DNA of 64,000 nt from a virus, in the IMG/VR virus record IMGVR_UViG_3300032313_001465, positions 84,582 through 148,581 of that record; one strand, 5' to 3'. The stretch's first letter is position 1. Every line of letters starts with the position of its first letter. A model generated the notes under the pieces. The model was not told the origin of the DNA, made no database searches, and saw nothing but the letters and a program-made list of their open reading frames with translations. This document shows positions 1 to 11,282 of this stretch, in pieces. A program made the translations under genes and the position numbers.

Positions 1-3000
1 TTATATGAGCCCCTACCTGCAGAATTTGATATTAAAAGTGAATGTTGGGTAGTAGAAAAAATATCGGATACTATAGCTTATTCTATTAATTCTTTTGAAA
101 CGTTTGAATTTACAGACAATAATATTTATTTATCTGGACCTAATACAAATATAGGAATAAAAGACCAAATAAATAATTCTACAGGGTATAGTAATTATAA
201 TTCATTAACTTCTAATACTTCAGTGTTAGGAACGGGAAGTTTATTTTATCAAGCAAAAAGTATTTTAGCCGAAAAAGGAATTGAAATTAATATAGATTAC
301 TCAGATTATTCTCAATTTGTAAACTTCTCATCAGCATATACTAGATTAGAAAACTTCTACTATAAACTTTCACTATTAGAACAATATCAAGTAAGTTCTA
401 GTTTTGGAGGATCTTCGGGTTATTATTTATCTTCTAGTAATGATTTATGGTTAAATAAAATAAATGACATCATAACTAATTTTGATGGTTATGAATATTA
501 TTTATATTTTGAGTCATCAAGTACCGCTTGGCCTAAAAGTAATAGTGTATTTCCATACAGAAATGTTATATCAACTTCAGCAGCCGGATTAACCTGGTTA
601 TCAGGACAATTAAGTACAGCATCACTATATGATGAAGAAAATTCAAACTATTTAATAAATACAATACCTGAATATTTAAGAGAAGATTCAAATAACGATA
701 AGTATAAATTATTTGTTGAGATGATAGGACAACACTTTGATAGTGTTTGGGTTTATCTTAAGGATGTAACTAATAAATCTAATGCTGATAATCGTTTAGA
801 TTATGGAGTATCAAAAGATATAGTAGCTGATATTTTAAGAGATTTAGGTGTAAAAATATACCAAAATAATTTTTCAACAAACGATCTATATTCAGCTTTA
901 ATAGGTATAACACCAACCGGAAATTTATATAACTTACCATATACAACAGGTTCGTTACCTACTCCAAGTGAATATGAATATATAAATTCTTATGTAACTT
1001 CTAACGCAACTGGATCTCTTGTTCCTGTTGATGATATTAATAAAGAAATTTATAAAAGAATTTATCATAATTTACCATATCTTCTTAAGAAAAAAGGCAC
1101 AGTAGAAGGATTAAGAGCATTAATTACAACTTATGGAATACCTGATACTATTTTAAGAATAAATGAATTTGGAGGAAAAGACAAAAATAGTAATACTTGG
1201 GATAGTTGGCAAGATGTATATGATTATGCTCTTAGATTTACTACATATGGAAGTGTATATGGTTCTTTTATTTTAAATAGTTTATGGCCTACTACGTTTG
1301 GAAATACACCTAACACAATACAATTTAGATTTAAAACTGACGGAGCCCCAACAGGTTCATATATTACATCGTCTTTAAACCAAAGTTTATTTTATGGAGA
1401 TATGGGTATATATCTCTCATTAAGATATAATGGGTCTGGTTCAACTACAGGCTCATACTCTGGAGCTCCTATTGACCCATATAACAAATATGGATATCTA
1501 GATCTTTCAATAGATGGATTTACATCTCAAAGTTTATATTTACCATTCTTTAATGGTGATTGGTGGTCAGTTCAAGTTACTAAAACCGATATTAATAACC
1601 TTACTGGAAGTTTTGTTTTATATTCTGCCAACAAACAGTATATCGGAGAGGATGGAAATATAATAGGTTTTAATAGTTCATCTTCTATGAACTCAGACCC
1701 ATCAGGGTGGAATACAAGTACATCTTGGCAAATGGGATATACTGGAGGTCCTGTATTTAAAGGAAATATACAAGAACTAAGATTTTATAGTCAAATTTTA
1801 AATAAAGATTCATTCTTTAAATATACTATGAATCCTAATTCTATTGAAGTTAATGAAATAAATGGTGCTGGAAATCATCTAGCTTTTAGAGCTTCTTTAG
1901 GTGGTGAATTATATACTGGTTCAAAATCCATTCATCCAAAAGTAACTGGTTCATGGGTTTCTACTTCATCTTTTGCATCTAATAGTAATTTTACAATAGA
2001 TAGTTGTTCATTTGAATCTAATACTGAAGTAATATTTTATGATCAAGTAACATCTGGTATTAGGAACGCAATATCAAACAAGATAAAACAAAAATCAAAC
2101 ATTTTACCATATAGTGGTAGCGACTCCAATACCTTCAATTCAGATGTATTATCACCGTTTAAATCGCTTCAACAATCGTTTTCAATAAGTGAAAGTTATA
2201 CTAGAGATATAGATTATGTTGAAATAGCATTTTCCCCTCAAAATGAAATAAATGAAGATATTAATTCTTCAATTGGGTATTTTAATATTGGAGAATATAT
2301 AGGAGATCCAAGAAATCAAAGTACAGATTTAACTTATTATCCGGATTTAAATGTTTTAAGAGATGAATATTTTAAAAAATATACTCATAACTATGATATA
2401 TGGGATTATACAAGATTAATCAAATATCTTGATAATTCATTATTTAAAATGTTACAAGATTGGGTTCCAGCTCACACAGACTTAGCATCCGGCATTGTTA
2501 TTAAACAACATTTACTTGAAAGAAATAAATATCCAGTACCTCAATTAACTCAATCTCAATATTACTATACAGCATCTATAGGAAGTTCGGGTTCAATGTT
2601 AAATGATCAAAAAATATATATTTCATCAACAGATCAACAATCATTTCCATTAGAAACTTTTGGTGGTGGTACAGCAGGTGTTATGCCGGATTTACCAGGA
2701 ACTTCTTCTATTAATTTATTTGTAAATATAAACCAAAACTGGTCAGGTTCTAATAATACAGTTTTAGGTATAGTTCCATTTATTCATAAAACACAAGACG
2801 AATTTTATAATGGAGAATTTAGTGGTTCTATTCTTCAAGTATCTCATCAAAGTCTTGTTGATATTGATTGTTTAGAATTATTACATGCCTCATCAACAGC
2901 TACTAGTTATAAAACAATATATTATAGAACTACTGATTTTGAAATACCATCTGGTTCTGCTTGGTATTCAGCATCTTTCCCTTTATTAAATAGTGTTAAT

Positions 3001-4995
3001 GCCGTTAATAATCAAATTAATTCATTCCTTAACTCTAATACCTCACCAAATAGTGGTGAAATATATATCTTTCAAAGAAATCCAACTGGCTATTTCTCTG
3101 GATTACCATCAGCAACTGATATAACGAGATATCCTCAATTTCAACCATATGGAGTTAATTATATTAAAATAAGCAAAACAGATTCAACAGGATTAGATAA
3201 TACTATTCCTTTAGGATTAGTAGATAATATAAGGATAAAATTTACAGATATTTTAGCAGGTGTAGATCATGCTGTTTTAAGCATAACTGAATATCCTACT
3301 TATTACTTATATAATATTTCTCCAGCACAAGATATTATTTCAACAAACACTGAAATATTAAATTATAGATCATCTGCTTCTTTTTCAGGTACAAAAGTAA
3401 TAAATTCCCCTTTTAAAACAATAATAGATAATTATAATTCAATAAGCGGAAATACACTTAGTTATTTTAACACTAGTTCGGGTTTATATACATTAAATAA
3501 TACTCCAAATATCCCAACAATATTTTCAGCATCAATAACCACAGACGTTAATAACCCAGGTACTCCTGGGGATGTAGGATATGTTTATATAGTAAAAAAA
3601 GACTCAAGTGGATTAGAAACTATTCTTAAAACTGAAATTTTTAATATAGTATCTGTAACTTCAATAAATACTAATATTTCTGCTTCTTATTTTGGAATCA
3701 AAGGAGACACTATAGGTTTATATTCTGCCGCCGGAATAGGCTTGTCATTCAATATGCGTAATGCTAGTTTTTTAATAACTCAATCTATAACCCCAATATC
3801 TGGCACAGTTAATCCTTTAATAATACCTGAACCATATATTGTAGAAGCAGGATACTATAATAGTGATTGTAATCCACTAATTAATAATGTTTTAGAAGCA
3901 AGTTCTAATAATGGTTTATATATGGATGTCGATTATTCTGATAATAATATAATAGCATTAAATCAATCTGGAATTTTAGCGGGTACAGCAACTTTAGCAA
4001 ATATAAACTTATGGAATTATTCATATGATTCACATATTAATGCTCGATATGTAGGAACAAAACAATTCCAAACTGCAAGTAATAAATATACTGCTGGAGA
4101 TACAGCCTTTGGTAAAGAACCACTTATTCAATCTTTAGATTCTTGTATATATGAAAAACTATGGGGAGGTAGTGGTTATCCTGAAAATACATCTGGAGGT
4201 AATATTCAATTATCAAATATTTTATTAGTAGGAGATAATAAAGATAGTATAACTGTAATCTCACCTTCTGACCCAGCATATAATGATACTATAGGAAGAG
4301 GCTTTAAACAATCTGTAGGACAAGCAGCATCAATGCAAAATTTCCAATATAATAATACAACTAATTTAATTTCACCACTACCTATTTTACACACAAATTT
4401 AGCAATGCAAGATGCAGCATATTGGGTTCCAACAAATTATGATAAACCAGTAGGTAGTCCTGTAGCTAATGTAGTAGTTTCTGAAAATAAAATGTATCTT
4501 ACAGCATCAAGTAATATCCAACTTGCTACAAGAAATTCTTCCAATCAACAAGTTTCATCTTCTACTACAGTTACAATGGGTGCAGCTTCAATGGTTATTA
4601 CTAGTTCATTTTATAATGGTGATAGGTGGTTTGTAAGTTTTTATAATAATTTAGGAGGCATAGCTACAGGAAATTTATATGCGGGCGGAGTATTTTATGG
4701 TCCACCTTGGGAAATAACATACGCTGGAACTCCTGGTTCATACAATACTTATAATATAATAAATCCTCCAGGATATAACATTGCTGATTATTTAAGTGAT
4801 TTCCAAATAGGAGTTGGTACTGGTATATTATTATTTAAAGGAATCCCATCTCCAGGTACTATGGTAATTTACGGCCCAGGTGGTGATAGATTCAGTAATT
4901 CAGGTCCGGGATACATGTTAGATTTATATCCGAAAAAAATAATTACTGATAATGTTCAATACATTACTAAAACTTATGGTTCAAACCCTAATTAA
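1..4995 (+). CDS. Large virion structural protein (baseplate wedge/tail-associated), 5'-truncated by the window edge
   Basis: The frame is open from base 1 (LYEPLPAEFDIK...), so 223 is not the true start. Ser/Thr/Gly-rich; the motif LPYLLKKKGTVEGLRALI is typical of myovirus baseplate wedge/tail-I-like proteins; a LamG-like segment follows. Confidence 0.6.
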   Translation, partial: LYEPLPAEFDIKSECWVVEKISDTIAYSINSFETFEFTDNNIYLSGPNTNIGIKDQINNSTGYSNYNSLTSNTSVLGTGSLFYQAKSILAEKGIEINIDYSDYSQFVNFSSAYTRLENFYYKLSLLEQYQVSSSFGGSSGYYLSSSNDLWLNKINDIITNFDGYEYYLYFESSSTAWPKSNSVFPYRNVISTSAAGLTWLSGQLSTASLYDEENSNYLINTIPEYLREDSNNDKYKLFVEMIGQHFDSVWVYLKDVTNKSNADNRLDYGVSKDIVADILRDLGVKIYQNNFSTNDLYSALIGITPTGNLYNLPYTTGSLPTPSEYEYINSYVTSNATGSLVPVDDINKEIYKRIYHNLPYLLKKKGTVEGLRALITTYGIPDTILRINEFGGKDKNSNTWDSWQDVYDYALRFTTYGSVYGSFILNSLWPTTFGNTPNTIQFRFKTDGAPTGSYITSSLNQSLFYGDMGIYLSLRYNGSGSTTGSYSGAPIDPYNKYGYLDLSIDGFTSQSLYLPFFNGDWWSVQVTKTDINNLTGSFVLYSANKQYIGEDGNIIGFNSSSSMNSDPSGWNTSTSWQMGYTGGPVFKGNIQELRFYSQILNKDSFFKYTMNPNSIEVNEINGAGNHLAFRASLGGELYTGSKSIHPKVTGSWVSTSSFASNSNFTIDSCSFESNTEVIFYDQVTSGIRNAISNKIKQKSNILPYSGSDSNTFNSDVLSPFKSLQQSFSISESYTRDIDYVEIAFSPQNEINEDINSSIGYFNIGEYIGDPRNQSTDLTYYPDLNVLRDEYFKKYTHNYDIWDYTRLIKYLDNSLFKMLQDWVPAHTDLASGIVIKQHLLERNKYPVPQLTQSQYYYTASIGSSGSMLNDQKIYISSTDQQSFPLETFGGGTAGVMPDLPGTSSINLFVNINQNWSGSNNTVLGIVPFIHKTQDEFYNGEFSGSILQVSHQSLVDIDCLELLHASSTATSYKTIYYRTTDFEIPSGSAWYSASFPLLNSVNAVNNQINSFLNSNTSPNSGEIYIFQRNPTGYFSGLPSATDITRYPQFQPYGVNYIKISKTDSTGLDNTIPLGLVDNIRIKFTDILAGVDHAVLSITEYPTYYLYNISPAQDIISTNTEILNYRSSASFSGTKVINSPFKTIIDNYNSISGNTLSYFNTSSGLYTLNNTPNIPTIFSASITTDVNNPGTPGDVGYVYIVKKDSSGLETILKTEIFNIVSVTSINTNISASYFGIKGDTIGLYSAAGIGLSFNMRNASFLITQSITPISGTVNPLIIPEPYIVEAGYYNSDCNPLINNVLEASSNNGLYMDVDYSDNNIIALNQSGILAGTATLANINLWNYSYDSHINARYVGTKQFQTASNKYTAGDTAFGKEPLIQSLDSCIYEKLWGGSGYPENTSGGNIQLSNILLVGDNKDSITVISPSDPAYNDTIGRGFKQSVGQAASMQNFQYNNTTNLISPLPILHTNLAMQDAAYWVPTNYDKPVGSPVANVVVSENKMYLTASSNIQLATRNSSNQQVSSSTTVTMGAASMVITSSFYNGDRWFVSFYNNLGGIATGNLYAGGVFYGPPWEITYAGTPGSYNTYNIINPPGYNIADYLSDFQIGVGTGILLFKGIPSPGTMVIYGPGGDRFSNSGPGYMLDLYPKKIITDNVQYITKTYGSNPN

Positions 4996-5011
4996 AAAAC
5001 ATAAAATTTAT

Positions 5012-5020
5012 ATATTTATA
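5012..5020 (+). promoter_or_regulatory. ATATTTATA putative late promoter
   Basis: Recurrent oriented motif, 17 nt upstream of ATG 5038. Confidence 0.6.
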
Positions 5021-5037
5021 ACAAAAACATAAAATAA

Positions 5038-5691
5038 ATGGGATATCTTAACTCTTCTATTGTAACAATAGATGCAATTCTTACAACAAAAGGTAGACAG
5101 CTTTTAGCTAAAGGAGACGGCACTTTTAAAATAACTCAATTTGCATTAGCAGATGATGAAATTGATTATACATTATATAATCCGTCTCATCCATCTGGAT
5201 CAGCATATTACGGTGAAGCTATTGAAAACATGCCTATTCTAGAAGCATTTCCCCAAGAAACACAAGTTATGAAATATAAACTTATAACTTTACCAAGAGG
5301 AACAGCAAAATTACCAATTCTAGATTTAGGTTATACTTCGATTGTTATTAAACAAGGAGCATCATTAGCAATTACTCCACAAACATTAAATTATTTAGGA
5401 GGAAACACATTTGAATCTAGTGGATATACGGCAACAATATCTGATGTTAGATTGATGCAAACATTTGAAGGTGTTGGTATTAATACACCTCAGGCAACAT
5501 CTTTAAATTCGACAACAACATTGGGAACAAATGTATCTAAAACAGTTGTAGGTACTACAATCAACATTAGAGCAACAACCGTAAATACATTGTTTGGTTC
5601 TAATACCTCATTATATGCAACTTTAACAGTTGAAGGACGTGATTCAGGGAGCCGTTTAACAATTCCAATTACTGTAACTCGAGTATCTTAA
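5038..5691 (+). CDS. Virion structural protein (baseplate/tail associated)
   Basis: Motif DAILTTKGRQLLA...ITQFALADDEIDY resembles tail-collar/baseplate proteins; structural context. Confidence 0.5.
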   Translation: MGYLNSSIVTIDAILTTKGRQLLAKGDGTFKITQFALADDEIDYTLYNPSHPSGSAYYGEAIENMPILEAFPQETQVMKYKLITLPRGTAKLPILDLGYTSIVIKQGASLAITPQTLNYLGGNTFESSGYTATISDVRLMQTFEGVGINTPQATSLNSTTTLGTNVSKTVVGTTINIRATTVNTLFGSNTSLYATLTVEGRDSGSRLTIPITVTRVS

Positions 5692-5723
5692 TAAAAATAA
5701 TTAAATCAAAAATATATTAAAAA

Positions 5724-6764
5724 ATGAGCTTTAAAAGATTAGATGCAGAAGATTTTGTAGTTAGTTCGGATACTATTTCCGCTACTTTATGGTCATCAGC
5801 TTCCCCAACATTATCAACTTTCTTTACTTCATCCACCCAAGAAGCAGGATCCTCAGGTAATTATTATTTAAACATATACCAAACTTCATCATCAGATACT
5901 AGCGCAGCCATCCAATTTGCTTTAGCTTATGGAAATAACAATGGTAGTGGTAGTTTAAATTATAATAATGCGGTGAATGGAAGATCACCAACGTCAACTA
6001 TATATGGTCAATATCAAAACCTAGTGATAGGAGATGAAAACACAAATTTTGCTTTTGGTTCTGTAGTTTCAGATGAATTTTATGTTTTATCAATTGATAG
6101 AACAAGATATAAAGAGAAATTATTATTAGGATCTTTAGCATTAACAATATCTGGTTCATCCGGTTCTATAACATTAACAGATAATAGCGCATATGTCCCT
6201 TCAATTTCATTTAATGAAGCAGGTAGAGTATTTCAATTAATTACAGGGTCTCAAGGATTAATAGGCCCTACTTCCGCAGGAAACACAGCAGATGGATATT
6301 CTAAGAACTCAGGATCTTACGGTTGGTTCTTACCGGATATTGGAACTATAATTTTAAACTCTAAAGCATTAGCCGACTATGCTGTGAGTGGGGGCATAGG
6401 ACTACAATATAGTGGTTCATCAACAGGTTCAGTAACACCTAATAGAACTCCAAATGCAAGTTTATACACAGCCATAAGTGGAGGAGCCAATTTTAAATTA
6501 AATAGTCAAGAAACAATAACTTCAGATTATATATTTATTAGAGCTAGAAATGCAGAATTTAATTATTCAGAAAATCCAAGTTACATCTCGGGTTCAACTG
6601 GAGAAATAGTATATAGTTCATTTATTAATGCACCACAAACCTATATAACTACAGTTGGTCTTTATAATGATACTAATGAATTATTGGCTGTTGCAAAGAT
6701 ATCTAGACCTTTATTAAAAGACTTTACGAAAGAAGCACTTTTGAGGCTGAAGTTAGATTTTTAG
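5724..6764 (+). CDS. Virion structural protein
   Basis: Ser/Gly-rich; C-terminal YITTVGLYNDTNELLAVAK is shared with the next gene. Confidence 0.5.
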   Translation: MSFKRLDAEDFVVSSDTISATLWSSASPTLSTFFTSSTQEAGSSGNYYLNIYQTSSSDTSAAIQFALAYGNNNGSGSLNYNNAVNGRSPTSTIYGQYQNLVIGDENTNFAFGSVVSDEFYVLSIDRTRYKEKLLLGSLALTISGSSGSITLTDNSAYVPSISFNEAGRVFQLITGSQGLIGPTSAGNTADGYSKNSGSYGWFLPDIGTIILNSKALADYAVSGGIGLQYSGSSTGSVTPNRTPNASLYTAISGGANFKLNSQETITSDYIFIRARNAEFNYSENPSYISGSTGEIVYSSFINAPQTYITTVGLYNDTNELLAVAKISRPLLKDFTKEALLRLKLDF

Positions 6765-6788
6765 TATATACTTATATAAAAATAATAT

Positions 6789-7739
6789 ATGAGTGCCTAT
6801 AAACCATTTTTAGCATCTAACATAATTGTTACTCCCTTTGAGGTAAATAAAAATTTTACATTCACTGGAAGTTTAACATCATCTATAGGTAGATATTTAG
6901 GTACAAATATTACAACATCCCTTTTTTCTCCAACAACTGACCCAACATCTAATGGTCAATATCAAAGATTAATTTATAATTCTATAAAAGAATTATATTA
7001 TTCAAATTATTTGAGTTCAAGTTATGGAGATCCTGTTAATAGAGCTACTTTAATTCCTGGGAGAGATTCTGAAGGAGATAGATACGTAGGAAGTCCTCAA
7101 GCTCCAGGAATGTATGAAAACTATCAACCCACAACATTAACATTCCCTAAAAATTTTCCAACGGCATCTAATAGTGAAATAGCTGTTATTTCAATTCCTT
7201 CCACTTATTACGGGAACTACGTCAAGCCGTCTACATTCGTTTTTAAATGTCAGAGTGGTTCATTTTATGATGATGGAGAAGGAAATATAAAATCAGGTAG
7301 TATAAGCTTACCTTATTCTAAATCCTTATCTTATGGTAATATATTTTATGAACATGGGATAGCAATTATATATGGATTACCTTCACCATCATTATATAAT
7401 ATTACAAGCTCAGTTCAAAGTACAACTTGTTCATTCCAATCCTCTCTTACTATTTACGAAACTCAATATAAATGTACTATAAGAGAAAGTGAATTTAATT
7501 TTACATTAAATCCATCAGTAACTTCTGGAAGTACACCTATAACCGGGTCATTTTATAATTATTACCCTCCCTCAGAAAACTTAAATGATTTTGCTACAGG
7601 TTCAGTATTTCAACCTTATATAACTACTATTGGATTATATAATGATAATAAAGAATTATTAGCAATAGCTAAACTTGCTCAACCCTTACCCCTATCCAAA
7701 ACAACGGATACGAATATCGTCGTATCATTGGATCGTTAA
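6789..7739 (+). CDS. Virion structural protein, paralog of the upstream gene
   Basis: C-terminal YITTIGLYNDNKELLAIAK; EFNFTLNPS versus EFNYSENPS. Confidence 0.5.
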   Translation: MSAYKPFLASNIIVTPFEVNKNFTFTGSLTSSIGRYLGTNITTSLFSPTTDPTSNGQYQRLIYNSIKELYYSNYLSSSYGDPVNRATLIPGRDSEGDRYVGSPQAPGMYENYQPTTLTFPKNFPTASNSEIAVISIPSTYYGNYVKPSTFVFKCQSGSFYDDGEGNIKSGSISLPYSKSLSYGNIFYEHGIAIIYGLPSPSLYNITSSVQSTTCSFQSSLTIYETQYKCTIRESEFNFTLNPSVTSGSTPITGSFYNYYPPSENLNDFATGSVFQPYITTIGLYNDNKELLAIAKLAQPLPLSKTTDTNIVVSLDR

Positions 7740-7752
7740 AAATAAATAAAAA

Positions 7753-8193
7753 ATGTGGTTATATAAAGAAAAAGAGGTTACATCTATATCAGATATGCCG
7801 GACAACACTTTTGGATTCATATATCAAATAGTTCACTTAGAAACCGGTCAATTTTACATTGGACGTAAAAATCTCCAACTAAAAAAGACTAAAAAGATAG
7901 GAAAAAAAGCCCAAGCATTGCAAGAAGGAAAAGGACGTAAAAAAACTAAAGAAGTAAAATACGAAGAAAGTGACTGGATAACATATTGGTCATCTTCTAA
8001 AATAATACATAAAATGGTAGAGGAACAAGGCCCACAAGTATTTAGAAGAGAAATATTAGAATACGCATATCATCCTAAACAATTAAGTTTCTTAGAAGCT
8101 GAATATCAATTTAAAGCAGATGTGTTACGCAACCCAAAAGCACTTAATGAAAATATACAAGCTAGATATTTTAGAAAAGATTTGGAGAACTAA
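7753..8193 (+). CDS. GIY-YIG family endonuclease (Seg-like)
   Basis: GFIYQIVHLETGQFYIGRK, YWSSS, FRREIL, LNENI motifs. Confidence 0.75.
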   Translation: MWLYKEKEVTSISDMPDNTFGFIYQIVHLETGQFYIGRKNLQLKKTKKIGKKAQALQEGKGRKKTKEVKYEESDWITYWSSSKIIHKMVEEQGPQVFRREILEYAYHPKQLSFLEAEYQFKADVLRNPKALNENIQARYFRKDLEN

Positions 8194-8211
8194 AATATTA
8201 TCATTATATTA
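8182..8211 (+). promoter_or_regulatory. Bacteroidota-type promoter TTG-N20-TATATT(A)
   Basis: Same spacing at 24841, 26521 and 61727; resembles the TTTG/TAnnTTTG consensus. Confidence 0.55.
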
Positions 8212-8217
8212 ATAAGC

Positions 8218-9150
8218 ATGACTAATCAGTTATTAATAAATCTAGTAAACTCAGTTTTGGGTGTTGGTAAAGCTACATCACGTAATAATTATGCTTATCA
8301 TTGTCCGTTTTGCCATCATAGTAAGAAGAAATTAGAAATTAACTTTACTGAAAATCAGGAGGGATTAAACCCATGGAATTGTTGGACTTGTCTTACTAAA
8401 GGTAAAAAAATATATAGTTTATTTAAAAAAATAGGGGTAGCTCCTGAGAAATATGATGAACTAAGAAAATTAGTTACGTCTACTTCTTCATTTAACCCCA
8501 CCACTCAACCTATCCATAAATTAGTATTACCTACTGAATTTAAATCATTGATTAATGTTCCTAAAAGTAATATAATTGCTAAACACGCTCTTTTATACCT
8601 TAAAAAACGAGGAGTAAATGAACACGATATTATGAAACATAATATAGGATTTTGCGAATCCGGAGAATATAACAATATGATAATTATCCCATCATACGAT
8701 GCAGATGGTAAAATTAATTATTTTACAGCCCGTTCCTTTAATAAAGATTCATTTATAAAATTTAAAAATCCTGAAGTATCAAGAGATATAATAGCTAATG
8801 AATTATTTATAAATTGGGATTTACCCATAATAATATGTGAGGGGATGTTTGATGCACTAGCAATTAAACGTAATGTTATTCCACTATTAGGAAAAAACAT
8901 CCAAAATAGTTTAATGAAAAAATTAATCACTTCTAAAGTAAAAAAAATATATATAGCACTTGACAAAGATGCTATTAAACAATCTGTTAAGTTTTGTGAA
9001 AATCTAATTAATGAAGGAAAGGAAGTATATTTAGTAAAAATAGACGGAAAAGATCCAAGTGAATTAGGCTTCAATAGATTTACAGAATTAATTCAACATA
9101 CAAACCCGTTAAGTTATTTTGATTTAATGGAAGCAAAATTATCATTATAA
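8218..9150 (+). CDS. DNA primase (zinc finger + TOPRIM)
   Basis: CPFC...CWTC zinc finger; ICEGMFDA and LDKD TOPRIM motifs. Confidence 0.85.
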   Translation: MTNQLLINLVNSVLGVGKATSRNNYAYHCPFCHHSKKKLEINFTENQEGLNPWNCWTCLTKGKKIYSLFKKIGVAPEKYDELRKLVTSTSSFNPTTQPIHKLVLPTEFKSLINVPKSNIIAKHALLYLKKRGVNEHDIMKHNIGFCESGEYNNMIIIPSYDADGKINYFTARSFNKDSFIKFKNPEVSRDIIANELFINWDLPIIICEGMFDALAIKRNVIPLLGKNIQNSLMKKLITSKVKKIYIALDKDAIKQSVKFCENLINEGKEVYLVKIDGKDPSELGFNRFTELIQHTNPLSYFDLMEAKLSL

Positions 9151-9941
9151 TGTTAATAGAAAAAGATACACATGTTTATAAAAAAACAATCACAAGAATT
9201 CTAGAAATAGATCAAAAGGCAAAACAAGTTAATTTTTTAGACTCTCGTTTCTACAAAAGAAATAACTCATACTATCCTTCTATCACATCAGTATTACAAT
9301 ATTTTCCAAAAGGTAAATTTTTTGAAGACTGGATTAAGCAAGTAGGTTCTAATGCTGAACATATAGCATATAAATCAGCCAAAGAGGGTACTCATACACA
9401 TGATGCTATTGAAAGATATCTTAAAGGAGAAGAAATATTGTGGGTAAATGAATATGGTAATGCTAATTATTCCTTAGAAGTATGGAAAATGATATTAAGA
9501 TTTGCTGATTTTTGGGAAACATATAAACCAAAACTAATACATTCAGAAATACATCTCTTTTCAGACGTCCATAAAATAGCAGGTACCTGTGATTTAGTAT
9601 TAGAAATAAATGGAAAAATTTGGTTATTAGATATAAAAACATCAAACAATCTTCATACATCATATGATTTACAAACCGCGGCATATGCCGTATGTTGGAA
9701 TGAAACATTTGAAGAAAAAATAGAAAACACAGGCATAATATGGTTAAAATCAGGTAAAAGAGGACCTGATAAAAATCAGAAAATAATGTGTGGAAAGGGA
9801 TGGGAAATCTATGAATCTCCTCGTTCTATTCAAGAAAATTGGAATTTCTTTTCAAGTATATTAGATATATATAGAATGGAAAACAAAAACAATAAACCCG
9901 CTTTTGAGTCATTTCCTACCAGTGTAAAACTTAAAAATTAG
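9150..9941 (+). CDS. PD-(D/E)xK exonuclease
   Basis: YPSITSVL, GTHTHDAIE, AGTCDLV...LDIKTS, QTAAY motifs. Confidence 0.8.
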   Translation: MLIEKDTHVYKKTITRILEIDQKAKQVNFLDSRFYKRNNSYYPSITSVLQYFPKGKFFEDWIKQVGSNAEHIAYKSAKEGTHTHDAIERYLKGEEILWVNEYGNANYSLEVWKMILRFADFWETYKPKLIHSEIHLFSDVHKIAGTCDLVLEINGKIWLLDIKTSNNLHTSYDLQTAAYAVCWNETFEEKIENTGIIWLKSGKRGPDKNQKIMCGKGWEIYESPRSIQENWNFFSSILDIYRMENKNNKPAFESFPTSVKLKN

Positions 9942-9976
9942 ATTTAACTATTATATTATCTGTCATATTTATGGGT

Positions 9977-10735
9977 ATGATTAAATTACTAAGTCTTTTA
10001 AAAGAAATAAAAGGTAAACCTAAAGCTATCTTTTTATCGGGTCCTGCAGGATCTGGGAAAACATTTATTTCTAAAAAATTAATCTCTTTAGACAAATTTC
10101 AAGTAATTAATATAGATGATACTTATGAGGAACTATTAAAATCTTCGGGTATGGGGATGAATCAAAAGAATTTTAGTCCTGAAGAGTTATCTCAAGCTAC
10201 TAAATTAATGGGTCGTGCTCAAGCAGTAACTAAAGAAAAATATGCTAAAGCACTTGAAGGATTAAACAATGTTATTATAGATGGTACAGGTGCTGCTTCA
10301 AAACCACTAATAAAGAAAAAATCAGAATTAGAAGCACTAGGATATGATACATTCATGTTAATAATTTGGACATCCCCTATAACTTCTTTATCTAGAAATG
10401 CAGAACGTGAACGTTCATTAATGCCAAGTATTGTGTTACGTACTTGGAGAGACATTAATAAAAATATAGATTTATATAAACAAGCATTTGGAGATAATAT
10501 AGCTATAATCAATAATGATCCTGAAGGTTTAGAAACCAAATTTGATGTTGAAGATATTAAGAAAAAATATTTTACAAAACAAATGGGAAAACCAAAAACA
10601 CCTGCAGAGCAAGAAAAATCTAAAAAAGAAACAGAACAGTTGAATAAAGATATAGAACAATTTATTAAAGAAAAACCACAATTCAACACCTTATCAGACG
10701 CTCAATCCAAAATAAATAAATTCATAAACAGCTAA
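9977..10735 (+). CDS. P-loop kinase (zeta-toxin/AAA_33-like) with MIKL leader
   Basis: GPAGSGKT Walker A; IIDGTG; RNAERER lid. Start placed at MIKLLSLLKE, just after the ATATTTAT motif. Confidence 0.7.
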   Translation: MIKLLSLLKEIKGKPKAIFLSGPAGSGKTFISKKLISLDKFQVINIDDTYEELLKSSGMGMNQKNFSPEELSQATKLMGRAQAVTKEKYAKALEGLNNVIIDGTGAASKPLIKKKSELEALGYDTFMLIIWTSPITSLSRNAERERSLMPSIVLRTWRDINKNIDLYKQAFGDNIAIINNDPEGLETKFDVEDIKKKYFTKQMGKPKTPAEQEKSKKETEQLNKDIEQFIKEKPQFNTLSDAQSKINKFINS

Positions 10736-11271
10736 TGATAAAACTTTTAGACCTCTTACGCGAAGAAAAACTAAATATTCTTAAACCTAGACGTTCCCCG
10801 GAAGAACGCCAATCTAACTTTCTTATTATAACCAATAAGAAAATTGAACAGTACATGAAGGATGGAGGCAAAGGTGATCTTGATTTAGCTAATACTAAAA
10901 TTACCTCACTACCAAATGGTCTAAAGGTTGGCGGTTTTCTGGATTTAAGAAATTCTTCCATCACTACATTACCAAATGGTTTAACGGTTGGAGATTATCT
11001 TTATTTAAGAGATACTAAAATTACATCATTACCCAATGATTTAACGGTTGGGGGTGAACTTGATTTAGCTAATATTAAAATTACTTCATTACCAAATGAT
11101 CTAACGGTTAGGGGTGATCTTAATTTAAGAGATACTAAAATTACATCATTACCAAATGGTCTAACAGTTGGAGGTAATCTTGATTTAGAAAATACTCCAA
11201 TAAGTAAAAAACATTCCGAAGAAGAAATTAAAAAAATGGTTCCGGGAGTAAAAGGCAATATTTATATATAA
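10735..11271 (+). CDS. Leucine-rich-repeat-like protein (20-aa repeats) with MIKL leader
   Basis: Repeats of LDLxNTKITSLPNxLxVGG; paralog at 21079. Confidence 0.75.
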   Translation: MIKLLDLLREEKLNILKPRRSPEERQSNFLIITNKKIEQYMKDGGKGDLDLANTKITSLPNGLKVGGFLDLRNSSITTLPNGLTVGDYLYLRDTKITSLPNDLTVGGELDLANIKITSLPNDLTVRGDLNLRDTKITSLPNGLTVGGNLDLENTPISKKHSEEEIKKMVPGVKGNIYI

Positions 11272-11282
11272 ACATAAAACAA

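Noticed and set aside
9150-9941. Cas4 of a CRISPR system
   Set aside because: No Fe-S cysteine cluster, array or other cas genes; it is best read as a primase-linked phage exonuclease.
9977-10735. Zeta/epsilon toxin-antitoxin pair
   Set aside because: There is no antitoxin-like partner, and the P-loop alone does not define the substrate.
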